Origin: a virus
Lineage: Duplodnaviria > Caudoviricetes
IMG/VR virus record: IMGVR_UViG_3300031813_000003
Coordinates: 32,001-96,000 of that record
Length of the DNA stretch: 64,000 nucleotides
Direction: 5' to 3' (one strand)
The notes under the pieces are model-generated. The model ran no database searches. It was not told where the DNA came from and was given only the letters and a program-made list of their open reading frames with translations. The position numbers and the translations under genes were made by a program. Positions 38,255 to 49,610 of this stretch are shown here, piece by piece. Position 1 is the stretch's first letter; each line of letters opens with the position of its first letter.

Positions 38255-38926
38255 CAGAACTTGATGTAAAATTATTGAACTATAATCTAATAACTGATAT
38301 TCAAAAATTAGTAATTGAGCATTATGGTAAAAATTATAACACTATAATCACGAAATCAGATACAATATATGCGTTAAGCACACCAACTTTTATTTTAAGT
38401 TATGATATAGAAAATTCACATTTCTTTTTGTCATTTAAAGTGGGACAAACAGGAAAAGATGTTGCTACTGATGTTAGAATTATTATGTTAGTTTTGGATA
38501 TTACTGAATTTTCTATGATGGAAGATTCTCATTATGACATAGAAAGTAAATCTTTAGTCTTTGGAAAAGAAGCTTTAGAATCTAAACATAAAGATGTTTT
38601 AAAATCAACAGGCAAAACTAAATGTCCAATGTGTAATAGAATATTTACAAATGAATATATGACCCCTGCTGGAATTTGTAAAGTATGTGATAGTCTAAAA
38701 GATAAGATTATTTGGAATTAAATGAAGAACATATTAGAAAAAATTTCAAAAGAAACAGGGGTATCTATTCATACAATAAAAGAAATGTGTGATGAAATAT
38801 CTAATACTTTATTATATGAAGGTTGTAAAAAAGATGAGCCTAGATTTCTTCAGTATCTTATCCGTAGATTGAGAAAAAGACTGAAGATTGAAGAATCAAA
38901 AACTTATCAAACTTTTAAACAATTTT

Positions 38927-39172
38927 TCAATATGTAAAACATTCTGGTAAATTGCCAGTAATTGACAATTCACCTTTTTTGTGATATATTAATAGATAAC
39001 CATCATCAGTCAAAAACCTTCCTTCAATGATGATATTCCCAAGGTGAACTTCCATATGATCAGAAGCACAAAGCAAGGCTATATTACTAGGGTTGTTATT
39101 TCCGCCCTGTGACCTAGATTGTATGTGGTGTCGATGATGTGCAGCTTTGCCGCAAATTTCACAAGTTTTCAT
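38927..39172 (-). CDS. Small HNH endonuclease
   Basis: CEICG...HRHHIQSRSQGG.N...NIALLCASDH.EVH. Confidence 0.8.
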   Translation of the reverse strand: MKTCEICGKAAHHRHHIQSRSQGGNNNPSNIALLCASDHMEVHLGNIIIEGRFLTDDGYLLIYHKKGELSITGNLPECFTY

Positions 39173-39197
39173 GCAAGTATTTAGGAGACAACAAAGT

Positions 39198-40412
39198 ATG
39201 GCAAAAGTAACAGAAAAAGAACTACAAGAACTAAAGTTTAAATTAGAAAATGGAATTAAGCTTACCAAAATGGAGAAGAAAACTCTAAAAGATAACTCCC
39301 AGGAGGAAAAAGAAAAAAAGAAAGCAATGTCTTTTGGTCAAAGGTTAATGCACGTTACAGGATCAGAATATGCGCAGCTTATGGGAGACGATCAACCAGA
39401 TAAGTACCCTATTAGGGATTGGATTAACACAGGAAACTATCTATTTAATGCACAAATTGCTGGTAGTCCGTTTAGGGGATGCCCATCTGGTAGAGTTTGG
39501 CAACTAGCAGGACTAAACTCTGTTGGTAAAACATTCTTGATGTTAGAGACAGTAAAGAATGCCCAGGCACTTGGATACTTCTTTGTTCTTTTCGAAACTG
39601 AAATGGCTAACAACTCTAAAGAAGATTTAAAGAGTAGAGGAATTAATACCGAGAATATGCTTTTTGTTCCTTGTCCCACTGTAGCAGAACTTAACACTCA
39701 AATGATTAATATCCTTGATGAAATCACACCAAATGATAAAGTAATTATTGGAGTTGACTCAATTGGTAATATTAGTACTACTAAAGAACTAGGAGATAAA
39801 ACTTCTGGTAATGATGCTAGAGACTTTACCAAACAAACAGAATTACGTGCATTATTCCGAACTGTTACACTTAAAGCTGGTATTAAGAATGTGCCTATCA
39901 TTGTAATTAACCATGTATATTCACAAATTATGGGATTTGGTGGTAATATTATCTCTGGTGGAGAAGGGAGTCTTTATAATTCATCCATTATTAGTAGCTT
40001 CACAAAGGCCCAGGTAAAGGGAACAGCTAAAGATAATAAAGAAGATACAGTTGCTGCTAGAATCACTAGTACCAATGTAAAATGTAGAACTGCAAAAGAG
40101 AAAACTAAGATTCAATTTAATATCGACTTTGAAAGTGGATTGACTCCATATTCAGGATTATTTGAATGGTGTTATGAGGATGAAGCAATTTTTATAAAAG
40201 AGAAAAACTCTTATAAAATTGATCCTATCAAAATACCACAACTCGCTCATAAAAAAGATGATCTAATTACAAAAGCTAAAATGACTCCTGCTTTTTGGGA
40301 AGATTTTCTAAAAAATGGATTGGCTAAATACATGGAAACTAAATTCCAATATCAATCTTCAACTGAAGGACTTTCAGTTGAAGAGGAAGAAGAACTAGAA
40401 GGAGAAGTTTAA
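39198..40412 (+). CDS. uvsX: RecA-like recombinase UvsX
   Basis: INTGNY.FNA.I.G, G...VGKTF, VDSIGN, VINHVY, ISGGEG..YNSS. Confidence 0.93.
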   Translation: MAKVTEKELQELKFKLENGIKLTKMEKKTLKDNSQEEKEKKKAMSFGQRLMHVTGSEYAQLMGDDQPDKYPIRDWINTGNYLFNAQIAGSPFRGCPSGRVWQLAGLNSVGKTFLMLETVKNAQALGYFFVLFETEMANNSKEDLKSRGINTENMLFVPCPTVAELNTQMINILDEITPNDKVIIGVDSIGNISTTKELGDKTSGNDARDFTKQTELRALFRTVTLKAGIKNVPIIVINHVYSQIMGFGGNIISGGEGSLYNSSIISSFTKAQVKGTAKDNKEDTVAARITSTNVKCRTAKEKTKIQFNIDFESGLTPYSGLFEWCYEDEAIFIKEKNSYKIDPIKIPQLAHKKDDLITKAKMTPAFWEDFLKNGLAKYMETKFQYQSSTEGLSVEEEEELEGEV

Positions 40413-40687
40413 TGGCAGAACGAATTCAAGAATTAGATATTGAAAGTAAAGAATATGCAAATGAAATGAATAAATTACGCCTAGCTGCTGCTAAAAAAGA
40501 TCAGGCTATAGCTAGAAAGGCATCTAAACAACGTAGAGCATTAGAAGTGATAGAAACTCTTAAAAAGGTTTTGGACTTGGAAGGAGGGGCTGGAATCCCC
40601 TGGGATGAAAGAAAAATAGTTGTTAATAAATTGATTGAATTTATCAAATCGCTAAAAGTACAATAATATAAGGTATATAACCTAAAC

Positions 40688-40722
40688 AAAAGGACTTTAC
40701 AAATATGTAAAGTCCTTTTTGT
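40688..40722 (+). terminator. Intrinsic terminator
   Basis: AAAAGGACTTTACA-AATA-TGTAAAGTCCTTTTT. Confidence 0.85.
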
Positions 40723-40742
40723 ATTTTTAGTCAAAATAAAAA

Positions 40743-40771
40743 TTGACTTGAAAATGGACTCATGTTAAGGT
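40743..40771 (+). promoter_or_regulatory. Early promoter opening the large accessory island
   Basis: TTGACT-17-TAAGGT; CACAAAGGAGATTT RBS. Confidence 0.7.
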
Positions 40772-41652
40772 TAAACATAATCAATCACAAAGGAGATTTC
40801 AGTATGTCGATTGTTGAAAAAATAGAAATCCTAAAAATTTCTTCATGTGTTATGAACAGTAGCAAAGAACTATGTGTTGCTGATGCTATCAAATTTCAGG
40901 CCCAAGGAAATGACAACCTTGCAATCAACCGGCTTGAAAAAGCTGCACAATATACCTGGGGTTTCTATCGCCCTACTAACTGGTAATAACTAAACAATAA
41001 AGGAGATTATATGAAAACGTCTGTTAAGTTTGGTACTAGTTATGAGCAAATGAGGAACGCTGTTACTGTTACTCTAGTGACGCTAGTATCCGAAAGAAAC
41101 ATCAATTCGGTTGATCTCCCTGCAGCAATTACGGCAGTTACTGAAGCTTTTGATAGGGCTGATGGTAATGCTGGTAATGGTGGATCACCTTGGGCAACTG
41201 CTACCCAAGGGGTTTGGATGGCGAAAGCAAATATCGATACCAGTGAATTCTACCTCTGGAGGCAAGTAATATGAAAACCAGACCTATCCCTACCAAGCAT
41301 TACAGAAAAGATGACATAGACTCTGCTATCAACAACCGTTGCCTCAAGACAGGGGAAACCCATATCTGGAACTATGACCCTGAAAACGAAAGGCAATATA
41401 AGTGTGCATGTGGATGTACCCTTGAAAAGTAAATTCAAAGACATAGATCAGCAAAGGGTATATAATTCTTTCTTTCATATGTCTAATGAAGATGTGGAGA
41501 AAGTTGTACTCAGACATGGTACATCACTGGATTATGCTTTTACTATGGGATATTTAGAAACTCCATTAGAAGGAATTCATAGATATCTCAAAACTTCGGC
41601 TTGCTATGCTGTATACTCCGCAGGGAAAGATCGAAAAAAGATTGATAATAAA

Positions 41653-41681
41653 TTGACAAACAAATGATTATCCTGTAGGAT
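41653..41681 (+). promoter_or_regulatory. Early promoter for PARP
   Basis: TTGACA-17-TAGGAT. Confidence 0.65.
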
Positions 41682-41713
41682 CATCTTAAATTATACTTCT
41701 ATGGAGATTGCAC

Positions 41714-42916
41714 ATGTCTACCGTTCGTTCTGCAAAGCTCATCTTCGTTTCTGACGATAATCATAATAAATTCTACAACATGAACGATGATGGTTCGACA
41801 ATTCATGTTGAGTATGGTAGGGTCGGTGCAACATGTCAGACTGCATCATATCCTTCATCTAACTGGACAAAACTTCTCAACTCCAAGACCAAAAAAGGAT
41901 ATAAGGATGTAACCCATCTGTTCACTGAAGCAGTTTCATCTGCTACGGTATCCTTCCATGATATCTCTGACAAATTCGTTTCTGATCTGATCAGAAAGTT
42001 AGAATCCTACACCACAGGTCAGGTCAAGGAAAACTACCTTGTAACTGCTGATTCCGTAACTGAAAAACAGATCAGGGAAGCTCAGTCCCTTCTGAATGCA
42101 CTCTCTGGTGTTAAAAACAATAGGGAACTGAATCAAGTTCTTCTTGAAATCTTTTCAACAATTCCTAGGAAGATGAAGAAAGTTCAAGATCATCTTTACA
42201 GTGAATCCGAAACTTTCAAATACTCAATCGTAGAGAAGATCGTTTCTGAAGAACAGGACTTGCTGGATGCAATGAGTCAACAGGTCAAGCAAGTTGAACT
42301 GGTTGCTGAAAACAAGGATGACAAACTGACCTTGCTTGATGCAATGGGATTGGAAATCTGCAGCATCGATGTTAAAGATGAGCAGATTGTAAAATCTAAG
42401 CTTGCTAATCTTCGTGATAACTACATCAGGGCATTCAAAGTCAGGAACAAGAAGACCCAAGCAAAGTTCGACAAGTACCTTGGTGCAGCTGCTAACAAGA
42501 AATGCGAACTGTTCTGGCATGGTTCCAGAAATGAGAACTGGTTACCGATCCTTCAGACAGGGTTGGTTCTACGTCCTACTAATGCCGTGATCTCTGGTAA
42601 AATGTTTGGATACGGAACGTACTTCGCAGACAAGGCTCAGAAATCGTGGGGTTATACGTCAGCTAGAGGGTCTTATTGGGCAAGGGGCAATGCGTCAGAG
42701 GCTTACATGGCACTTTTCGATGTACACCTTGGAAACCAACTTCATATCAAGCGTCATGAAAGCTGGTGTTCTTCTCTGGATCGTAATAAATTGAGGGCAA
42801 GGGGAAATTATGACTCCCTATTTGCTGAGGGTGGAATCGATCTAAGAAATAATGAGTACATTGTATACGAAGAAGAACAGAGTACAATTTCTTATATAGT
42901 TCAAATGAAAGGATAA
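41714..42916 (+). CDS. WGR-domain PARP-family ADP-ribosyltransferase
   Basis: NHNKFY...EYGRVG...KTKKGY (WGR); FSTIP helical domain; FWHGSR, GKMFGYGTYFA..AQKS.GY, NEYIVY (H-Y-E triad). Confidence 0.92.
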   Translation: MSTVRSAKLIFVSDDNHNKFYNMNDDGSTIHVEYGRVGATCQTASYPSSNWTKLLNSKTKKGYKDVTHLFTEAVSSATVSFHDISDKFVSDLIRKLESYTTGQVKENYLVTADSVTEKQIREAQSLLNALSGVKNNRELNQVLLEIFSTIPRKMKKVQDHLYSESETFKYSIVEKIVSEEQDLLDAMSQQVKQVELVAENKDDKLTLLDAMGLEICSIDVKDEQIVKSKLANLRDNYIRAFKVRNKKTQAKFDKYLGAAANKKCELFWHGSRNENWLPILQTGLVLRPTNAVISGKMFGYGTYFADKAQKSWGYTSARGSYWARGNASEAYMALFDVHLGNQLHIKRHESWCSSLDRNKLRARGNYDSLFAEGGIDLRNNEYIVYEEEQSTISYIVQMKG

Positions 42917-42917
42917 A

Positions 42918-43118
42918 ATGATGCTAACAGAAGAGGAAGCTAAAACATAGAAATGCCCACATTATAGATATGGTACAAATTCAGGATGGGGATATGCTAT
43001 ATATGAATATAGTAATTGTATTGCATCTGATTGTATAATGTGGGAATTTAATTATACTTCACCTATTAATGGATTTTGTGGATTAGTTAATACAGGGCTT
43101 ACTAAGGATAACATATGA
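42918..43118 (+). pseudogene. Small Cys-rich phage gene with in-frame TAG at 42948
   Basis: MLTEEEAKT*KCP...CIASDCIMW...GFCGL; distal TGA overlaps next ATG. Confidence 0.6.
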
Positions 43119-43623
43119 AACTAGATAGAGTATTACCTAACATTGGCAGAAAAGTTACTGTCAATAGTCACATAGTTATGGGGAATGGTTCTGTGTTGAA
43201 AAATCTATATGATGATGAAGAGGAATGTGAAATCATACGATTGACTACTGCTGGGCTGGTTCTGTTAGAAGATATAAAAGGAAGAACTTATTCTATCCCT
43301 GCTAGATATTGTGATCTAATCGAACCTGAAGGTGATGATGGGAACTGGATTCATGACCCTGATATGGGAGCAAGAGGCTAAGTGAACAATTTCTTAATAG
43401 GGTATATTGCGGGTGCAGTTATTACAGGGTTAATCTTCATGTTTACAACAGGTAAATAAAATGTCAATACAAATTTTCAAACCAAGTAGCTGTAGACCAG
43501 AGACACCACTTGAAAATTGGTTATCATTTATCTTGTTTGCCTTGCTCATGGTTGGTGTAATGTACGGAATCATTCATGTTTTGGACTGTGCATCAACTCA
43601 TTCAATTTTGTAGTTCTTTTTAA

Positions 43624-43652
43624 TTGACAGTTAAATCGTCTTGATGTAAAGT
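43624..43652 (+). promoter_or_regulatory. Early promoter
   Basis: TTGACA-17-TAAAGT; AGGAG before ATG 43693. Confidence 0.65.
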
Positions 43653-45580
43653 GTACCTATAGTTGATCACTAAACAACATAGGAGATTCCCCATGTCGAA
43701 AGAACTGCCTTACTGCGAAACCTATGCCGTTGTTTCCTCTTCTGACTACAAGGACGGTTTCACCTACGATACCTACAATATTGAAACCGAAATCAGGAAT
43801 GCTGCTGGTGGAACCTTCAGAACTGACTATGATCTGCAATCCTCTTTCAGGATCAGTAGCAGGTTCTCCACTCCCTACGCAGGGGAACTGAGAGCATTCA
43901 AACATGGTGCTTTTAGCCTTCACGATCTGGAATCTGCTACTAAGGTCATGCGTAAGGCAGAGGCAAAACTAATCAAGATGCAGGAGAAATTCGGTAACGT
44001 TACCTCTGTGACCGAAAACATCATTCGGTATCTTCAGGCTACAGGTTGCAAAGAAGTCAGGATTGCTGATCCTGAAGCTACTAACTTCCCAGGATGGGAT
44101 AACATCAATCCTCTCTCTGTCAAGACCGATCTTCAAGAGATCAGGTATGCATTGAGAAGGATCGAAAACAAAGCAAGGAAGCTTCATCCTTATGAAGGTG
44201 ATAAAAATGACTAACAATTCCATTGTAAAACGGTATTTCACCAAACTGGATAAGAGTAGATTTCCAGAGTGTAATAACGAGGAATATCTGGAAGTCGTTA
44301 AACATCCTCTTGGGTTCTATGTGTCCCAAGGATATATGGAAATCACTAAAATTGATACTACTGGCACATACTACAAGTGGATTCCGATTGTCGAAGCTAA
44401 ACAAAAACTTAACAAGGGAGATCAAGAGTGAAGAATGCTAAACTGTTCAAAGATGGGGATATTTTTATCAAGTCAATGGAAGAATTGATTAAAAGATACC
44501 AGAAAGCAATTGAGCTTGGTATTTCTAAATCTTCATATGAAGACTCTAAAGGTATGCAGTGTCTTCTTTGTAATCCTATTAATGCTGCACATAATAGAGA
44601 TCACTATATCAATGAATGTCCTGACGCTAATCCTGATGAAGATTATGATATTGCATGTAAACTTCTAGGTTGCCCTTGGATTGTGATTCTTGGAATGACT
44701 TGTCATGAGTTTTCTGATATGCGTAATATGTACAGTAATATATACCATAATTGTGATCCTGATATTATGAAAAATAGGATTCGTCAGATCAGGAACTGGA
44801 TTAAGATTTACAAAGCACATATGGAGTCCCTCAAAGAAAAATAAATGATATATTATCATATAGGCTAAAGGAATAACTAAAATGGATGTTTATTGTAGCT
44901 GTGGTAAATATATGGGTGTTATCCTTGCTGGTAGCAATCTAAGAAAGGAATTTGGTGTTATTTGTAATGAATGTCACTATGAATTTATTTCTATGAAGCG
45001 TGAGAAGAATAGCATTAAAAGACCGCATTCATCATATGATAAAGATAAGCCATTTGGTGATATCTTTAATGATATTTTCGGAAAAGGAAAATAATCATGG
45101 TCTGGAGTAAAGATTTAGTATATATCACAAGAGGAAATTACATGGCATTGTTCACTACACCTTGCAATCAAAATGAATGCCTGTATCAACTTACAGCTTA
45201 TTGTATGCAGAATTATAGAAATACAACACCCAATTCACCAACATGTGAAAATTTAATAAAGGCTAAGGATAAAGTAAATGACTAAAAATGAAGAAACACT
45301 TGTAACAATTCTATTAATCCCACTTTTTATGATAGGTACATTGAAAATTGTTGTCCCTACCGTTCAATCAATCTGGATGATGCTTGTCTATCCAACAACC
45401 CATTACCCTCTGTCAACTGGTGTAGTTCTATTCACTTCCATTGCAGCTGGCCTACTTAAATACAAATTAGAAGATGAAAATCAAGATTTAAAACATACGA
45501 TTTCCTTTGCGGTTTGATTTTATGCAATGTTAGGCATCTGTTGGGTATTTGCATACGTCTACACTTTTTTCATTTAAAAA

Positions 45581-45635
45581 TTGACTTGTAATCTCCTTTG
45601 TGTTAAGGTTGAATCAAATCAAACCCAAAGGAGTT
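45581..45635 (+). promoter_or_regulatory. Early promoter with anti-SD spacer
   Basis: TTGACT-17-TAAGGT; CTCCTTTGTGTT vs AACCCAAAGGAG. Confidence 0.75.
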
Positions 45636-45640
45636 TTCAT

Positions 45641-45943
45641 ATGAGTAGTATATTTGAAATAGACATCTTGGTTGAAAATGAATTCATTTCTGATCAAGAA
45701 GAACTTGCACATTGGTTGTTAGGGCAAAACAAACCTGTGATTCTCTCTGCTGAATCATCAATGGTTGATGTAGTGATGTTGATTCCTGGGATGTTCAAAT
45801 CTAGAACTGATGCAAGGAAGAACGGTTGGGAAGGGAAAGAAATCCCCAATGGAATGTCTGATTGGGTTGTTGGAAAGAAAAAGTGGAGAATCTGGATTTT
45901 TAAACCAATGAAAATGAACCCGAAAGAATCGGGAGGGAGATAA
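45641..45943 (+). CDS. S4-like RNA-binding protein (TyrRS C-terminal-like)
   Basis: MVDVV....GMFKSRTDARKNG...VGKKK. Confidence 0.5.
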   Translation: MSSIFEIDILVENEFISDQEELAHWLLGQNKPVILSAESSMVDVVMLIPGMFKSRTDARKNGWEGKEIPNGMSDWVVGKKKWRIWIFKPMKMNPKESGGR

Positions 45944-46327
45944 GATGATTAGATATTTGTATATGTTGTTTGCTCTTTTAACTGCTATTGTAGGTTACCA
46001 TATTCATAATAGTATTTTCTGGTCTATTGTGGATTATATTTTTTGTCCGTTTGTTATTGGTAAATGGTTTGTTTACCATGAAATTACACTATCAATCATC
46101 AAATCTACATTTATGTGGTTCTTTGTATAAATGATTGAGATAGTTCATACAGTAGAAACAAAAGTTTTCATTTGTCCTATCTGCGGTAGAAAAGATGCTG
46201 AAATATATCATAGAAACACCGCATATCATGATTACTGGAGAAATGTTGCGGTTGCTTGTGAATACTGTCAGAGAGAAGAATATGAGTACTATGCGGATTT
46301 GTGGGCTGATTACTATGGAGGGTTATT

Positions 46328-46828
46328 ATGAAAAACTTAGTCCTGAAAGCTATCCAGTTTGCATCCGAAAAACACGAAGGGCAGTTTAGGAAATTTGATA
46401 ACTCTCCTTATGTAGGTCACCCTCTTGCAGTAAGTTATATTGTCGCTAGTTTCAAGAAGTCAAAGCATCTAAATGAGATTCTAGCGGCATGTTTACTCCA
46501 TGATACACTAGAGGATACAGATACTAATTTCGTGGAACTAGCAACCGAATTTAGCCCTCTGGTTGCGTCTCTGGTGCTTGAGTTGACCTCTGATAACGAT
46601 GCAATTACAATAATGGGCAAATGTGACTATCTGAAGACTAAGATGGTTGGAATCTCCTCATATGCTCTGATTATCAAACTTGCCGATAGACTCCATAATG
46701 TTTCTGATCACCCTACGCAGAAAACCATTGATGATACCAAGTCGATCCTAGATCATTTGGAAAAGAAACGTAAATTAACCAAAACTCACAAAGAACTTAT
46801 CAAAGAAATAAGAAATAAATTGACGTAA
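46328..46828 (+). CDS. (p)ppGpp hydrolase-type HD protein (Mesh1/SAH)
   Basis: A..KHEGQ.RK....PY..HP..V, ACLLHDTLEDT, LIIKLADRLHN. Confidence 0.9.
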   Translation: MKNLVLKAIQFASEKHEGQFRKFDNSPYVGHPLAVSYIVASFKKSKHLNEILAACLLHDTLEDTDTNFVELATEFSPLVASLVLELTSDNDAITIMGKCDYLKTKMVGISSYALIIKLADRLHNVSDHPTQKTIDDTKSILDHLEKKRKLTKTHKELIKEIRNKLT

Positions 46829-46883
46829 AATGATCTTTGGGTTATAGTCGTTTTGTAGCTAACGAAATCACGAAGGAGATCAT
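46820..46883 (+). promoter_or_regulatory. Early promoter with partial anti-SD spacer
   Basis: TTGACG-17-TATAGT; ATGATCTTT vs GGAGATCAT plus inner TCGTT/AACGA. Confidence 0.65.
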
Positions 46884-47068
46884 ATGTTACTTCAAGAAGG
46901 TAAGAAATACATCAATTGTTTCAACGATGAAATCACTGTTACTCTTACCCATCCTGAATCCAATTTCCCCTTCACTGGTTCTGACTTTTGCCGTTACATG
47001 GCAGATGGACGTTACATCGAAGATATCGGTAGACCTGTCAATGATCTTGATCTGAAGGAGATTCTGTA

Positions 47069-47391
47069 ATGGCGATCAAATCTTTTGAAGAACTGAATGA
47101 ATCGTCACAGATCGTATATGGAATTGCTTATACAGGGAATGATGGTAATCTCAAATGGTATATGGATAGTACCATTTATAGAGGGTTGGTAATATCTGGT
47201 CTATAACAACTTTTATAAACATAGAAGATGCTGGAGTTGTTTTTAAATCACTTCAATTTCAGAAATATCCTAAAAAAGTAGGAACTAAAAATACCATTTT
47301 TGGTGGAACCAAAGATGTGTATGAAATGTCACTTAGGTATCCAAATGCAAAGATTGTAAAATTTAAAATATCCAATATTGAGGTAGTGTAA
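47069..47391 (+). pseudogene. Frameshifted hypothetical gene
   Basis: Starts at TAATG overlap, frame changes near 47178-47183 (TATAGAGGG), second half ends at TAATG overlap with the next gene. Confidence 0.5.
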
Positions 47392-47962
47392 TGCCTGAAG
47401 TGAAATGCTACAAGATCAGAAATAAAGATGGTCTTTACTCCACAGGGACAACTTCCCCTAGATGGTATAAAAATGGAAAGACTTGGAGTACTAGAGCAGC
47501 TATCATGTCACACCTGACACAGTTTGTTTCCAGTAACGGTAAGTATATCGAAAAGACATACAAAGATACTGATGAAATTGTAGAGTTTGTTGTATCTACA
47601 GTTGAAGGGTCTTCTATGAATGTTAGGGATGAACTTCTTAGACTTCAAACCAATAAACAGAAGAAAGAATTGGTACATCAAGAACAAAGGGCTAAATATC
47701 AGATTCAAGCTGCTGAACAAGCATTGAAGTATGCCCAAGATAAATTAACCAAACTCAAAGGAGATTCAAAATGATTACCGAATACACCAATTACATCACC
47801 TTCTTTACTGGTGCGTACCTGATGTTCCTGGCTTTTTGTATGGAAACTAAAAATTTTGGGTCAAGTATAATTTTCAAAATTATACCATTTGTCCTAGGAG
47901 TTGGATGCTGGGGAGTTGCCGCAAAACTTTTTAACCTCATTTAATACCCAAGGAGGATTTAC

Positions 47963-49081
47963 ATGTTAGAAGTTCAGAAATACTTAAAAGCTGCTCATAC
48001 CTTTGAAATGCTTACTGCAGAGTATGGTATCAAGGTTAATCGTCATATTGAATACCCTATGGCAATACTTAATTATGATCAGATTGAATCTCCTAAGATG
48101 GAACTGATTGTGCGTGAATGCCGTGGACTAGTTCTGGATACCAATACCTTCGAAATCGTAGCAGGGTGTATGCCTCGTTTCTTCAACATGGGCGAAGCTC
48201 TGGAGATCACCAATGACTTCGTGTGGGATGATAAAATGACCATGAGAACCAAGGAAGATGGTTCTATCATCACCTACTTCTGGAATCCTTATGCTAAAGC
48301 TTGGACTGTAAAAACTAGAGGTTCTTGGGCTGATATGCCTATCGGTGAGAACCTTCCTCGTTGGGATGAACTAGTACTTTCCTTGCTTCCAGAACTTCCT
48401 TACGGTGAATGTTTTGATACCGCATGTTCTTATGTGTTTGAGCTTTGCACTGAATTCAATCAGGTAGTGCGGCTTTACCCTGAACCCAAACTTTTTCTTT
48501 TGACTATTATCATTAATGTTAATAATGAAGAATTTGTGGATGGAGGGATCACTTGGTGTGCAAATGCAAAGGGATTGGAACGTCCTGCGCTTATAAACCT
48601 GAAAGATGAAGCAGCTGTTCGTGCTTATATCCAGACCCTAGAAGAGACTGATGGGACTGCTGAAGGTCTGGTTCTTCGTGACCGTAACAATCTGAGAATG
48701 AAGGTGAAATCTTCTACTTACCTTGCTTATTCTCGTTTGGGTAACAATGGCAATATTTCGTCTGACAAGAATTTGGTTCCGTTGATCTTGGCTAACGAAC
48801 AGGACGAAGCAATTGCTATCTATCCCAGGATCAAGGAAAGAGTTTATGAACTGGAAATGGTCATCAACGATCTTTTCAATGATCTTAGCTGTGTTTGGCA
48901 TAAGTGTCATCTAATCGAAGATCAGAAAGAATTTGCTCTTACTGTTATAAAGGAATTCAAGTCACCATTCTCCAGCATCCTATTCACTTTGAAGAAGAAT
49001 GGGTTGATCCACAATTATGTTGAACTGGAGAAGGAGTTCAGACTGAACGGAAATTTACTACTGAAGGTTATTGAGGGCTAA
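47963..49081 (+). CDS. rnlA: RNA ligase 1 (T4 RnlA-like)
   Basis: LNYDQI, RECRGLVL, PRFFN.GE, KEDGS, YVFEL, AEGLV, MKVKS..Y. Confidence 0.9.
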   Translation: MLEVQKYLKAAHTFEMLTAEYGIKVNRHIEYPMAILNYDQIESPKMELIVRECRGLVLDTNTFEIVAGCMPRFFNMGEALEITNDFVWDDKMTMRTKEDGSIITYFWNPYAKAWTVKTRGSWADMPIGENLPRWDELVLSLLPELPYGECFDTACSYVFELCTEFNQVVRLYPEPKLFLLTIIINVNNEEFVDGGITWCANAKGLERPALINLKDEAAVRAYIQTLEETDGTAEGLVLRDRNNLRMKVKSSTYLAYSRLGNNGNISSDKNLVPLILANEQDEAIAIYPRIKERVYELEMVINDLFNDLSCVWHKCHLIEDQKEFALTVIKEFKSPFSSILFTLKKNGLIHNYVELEKEFRLNGNLLLKVIEG

Positions 49082-49548
49082 ATGATTAGTATGACGTTTG
49101 TTGTTATTGCTGCGCTAATAGTATGGTTTGTTATTGGTGCTGTAACTTTTTGGTATATGGAAACAAGGGCATGTAGTAGAGATATTGGCATTGAGACATT
49201 GCCTTTAATGTTTGCGGTATCTTGCTGCGGTTTTATTGCATTCTTATATGCTGTTGGATATACCTGTTACTATAAATTTGAAGGTATGGTAATATTCAAA
49301 GCCAAAAAGAGGAAAGAATGAATTCAACCATGATATTGCTGCTGATTGTAGGATGGTTTGTTGTAGGAGCATATACTTTCATCCATTGGCAAACCAGAGT
49401 TGAAAAGAAAGATTTGCTGCTGTCTGATTTTGGTATTACTCTAGGATTTGGATTACTAGGGTTGATTTCAGTAATTATATATTTTTTTACTATTCACCCA
49501 ATTACTCTTTCAGAAATTGGAAAAAAGGTAATAATTAAAGCAAAATAA
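49082..49548 (+). repeat. Two tandem paralogous small membrane-protein genes
   Basis: IVWFVIGAVTFWYMETR / VGWFVVGAYTFIHWQTR; both contain VI.KAK near the end. Confidence 0.6.
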
Positions 49549-49549
49549 A

Positions 49550-49609
49550 TTGACAAACAAATCTCCTTTGTGGTACAGTTGATTTATCAATTGAACACAA
49601 AGGAGATTT
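49550..49609 (+). promoter_or_regulatory. Early promoter with anti-SD spacer (cca)
   Basis: TTGACA-18-TACAGT; perfect 14-bp AAATCTCCTTTGTG / CACAAAGGAGATTT plus inner CAGTTGA/TCAATTG. Confidence 0.8.
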
Positions 49610-49610
49610 C

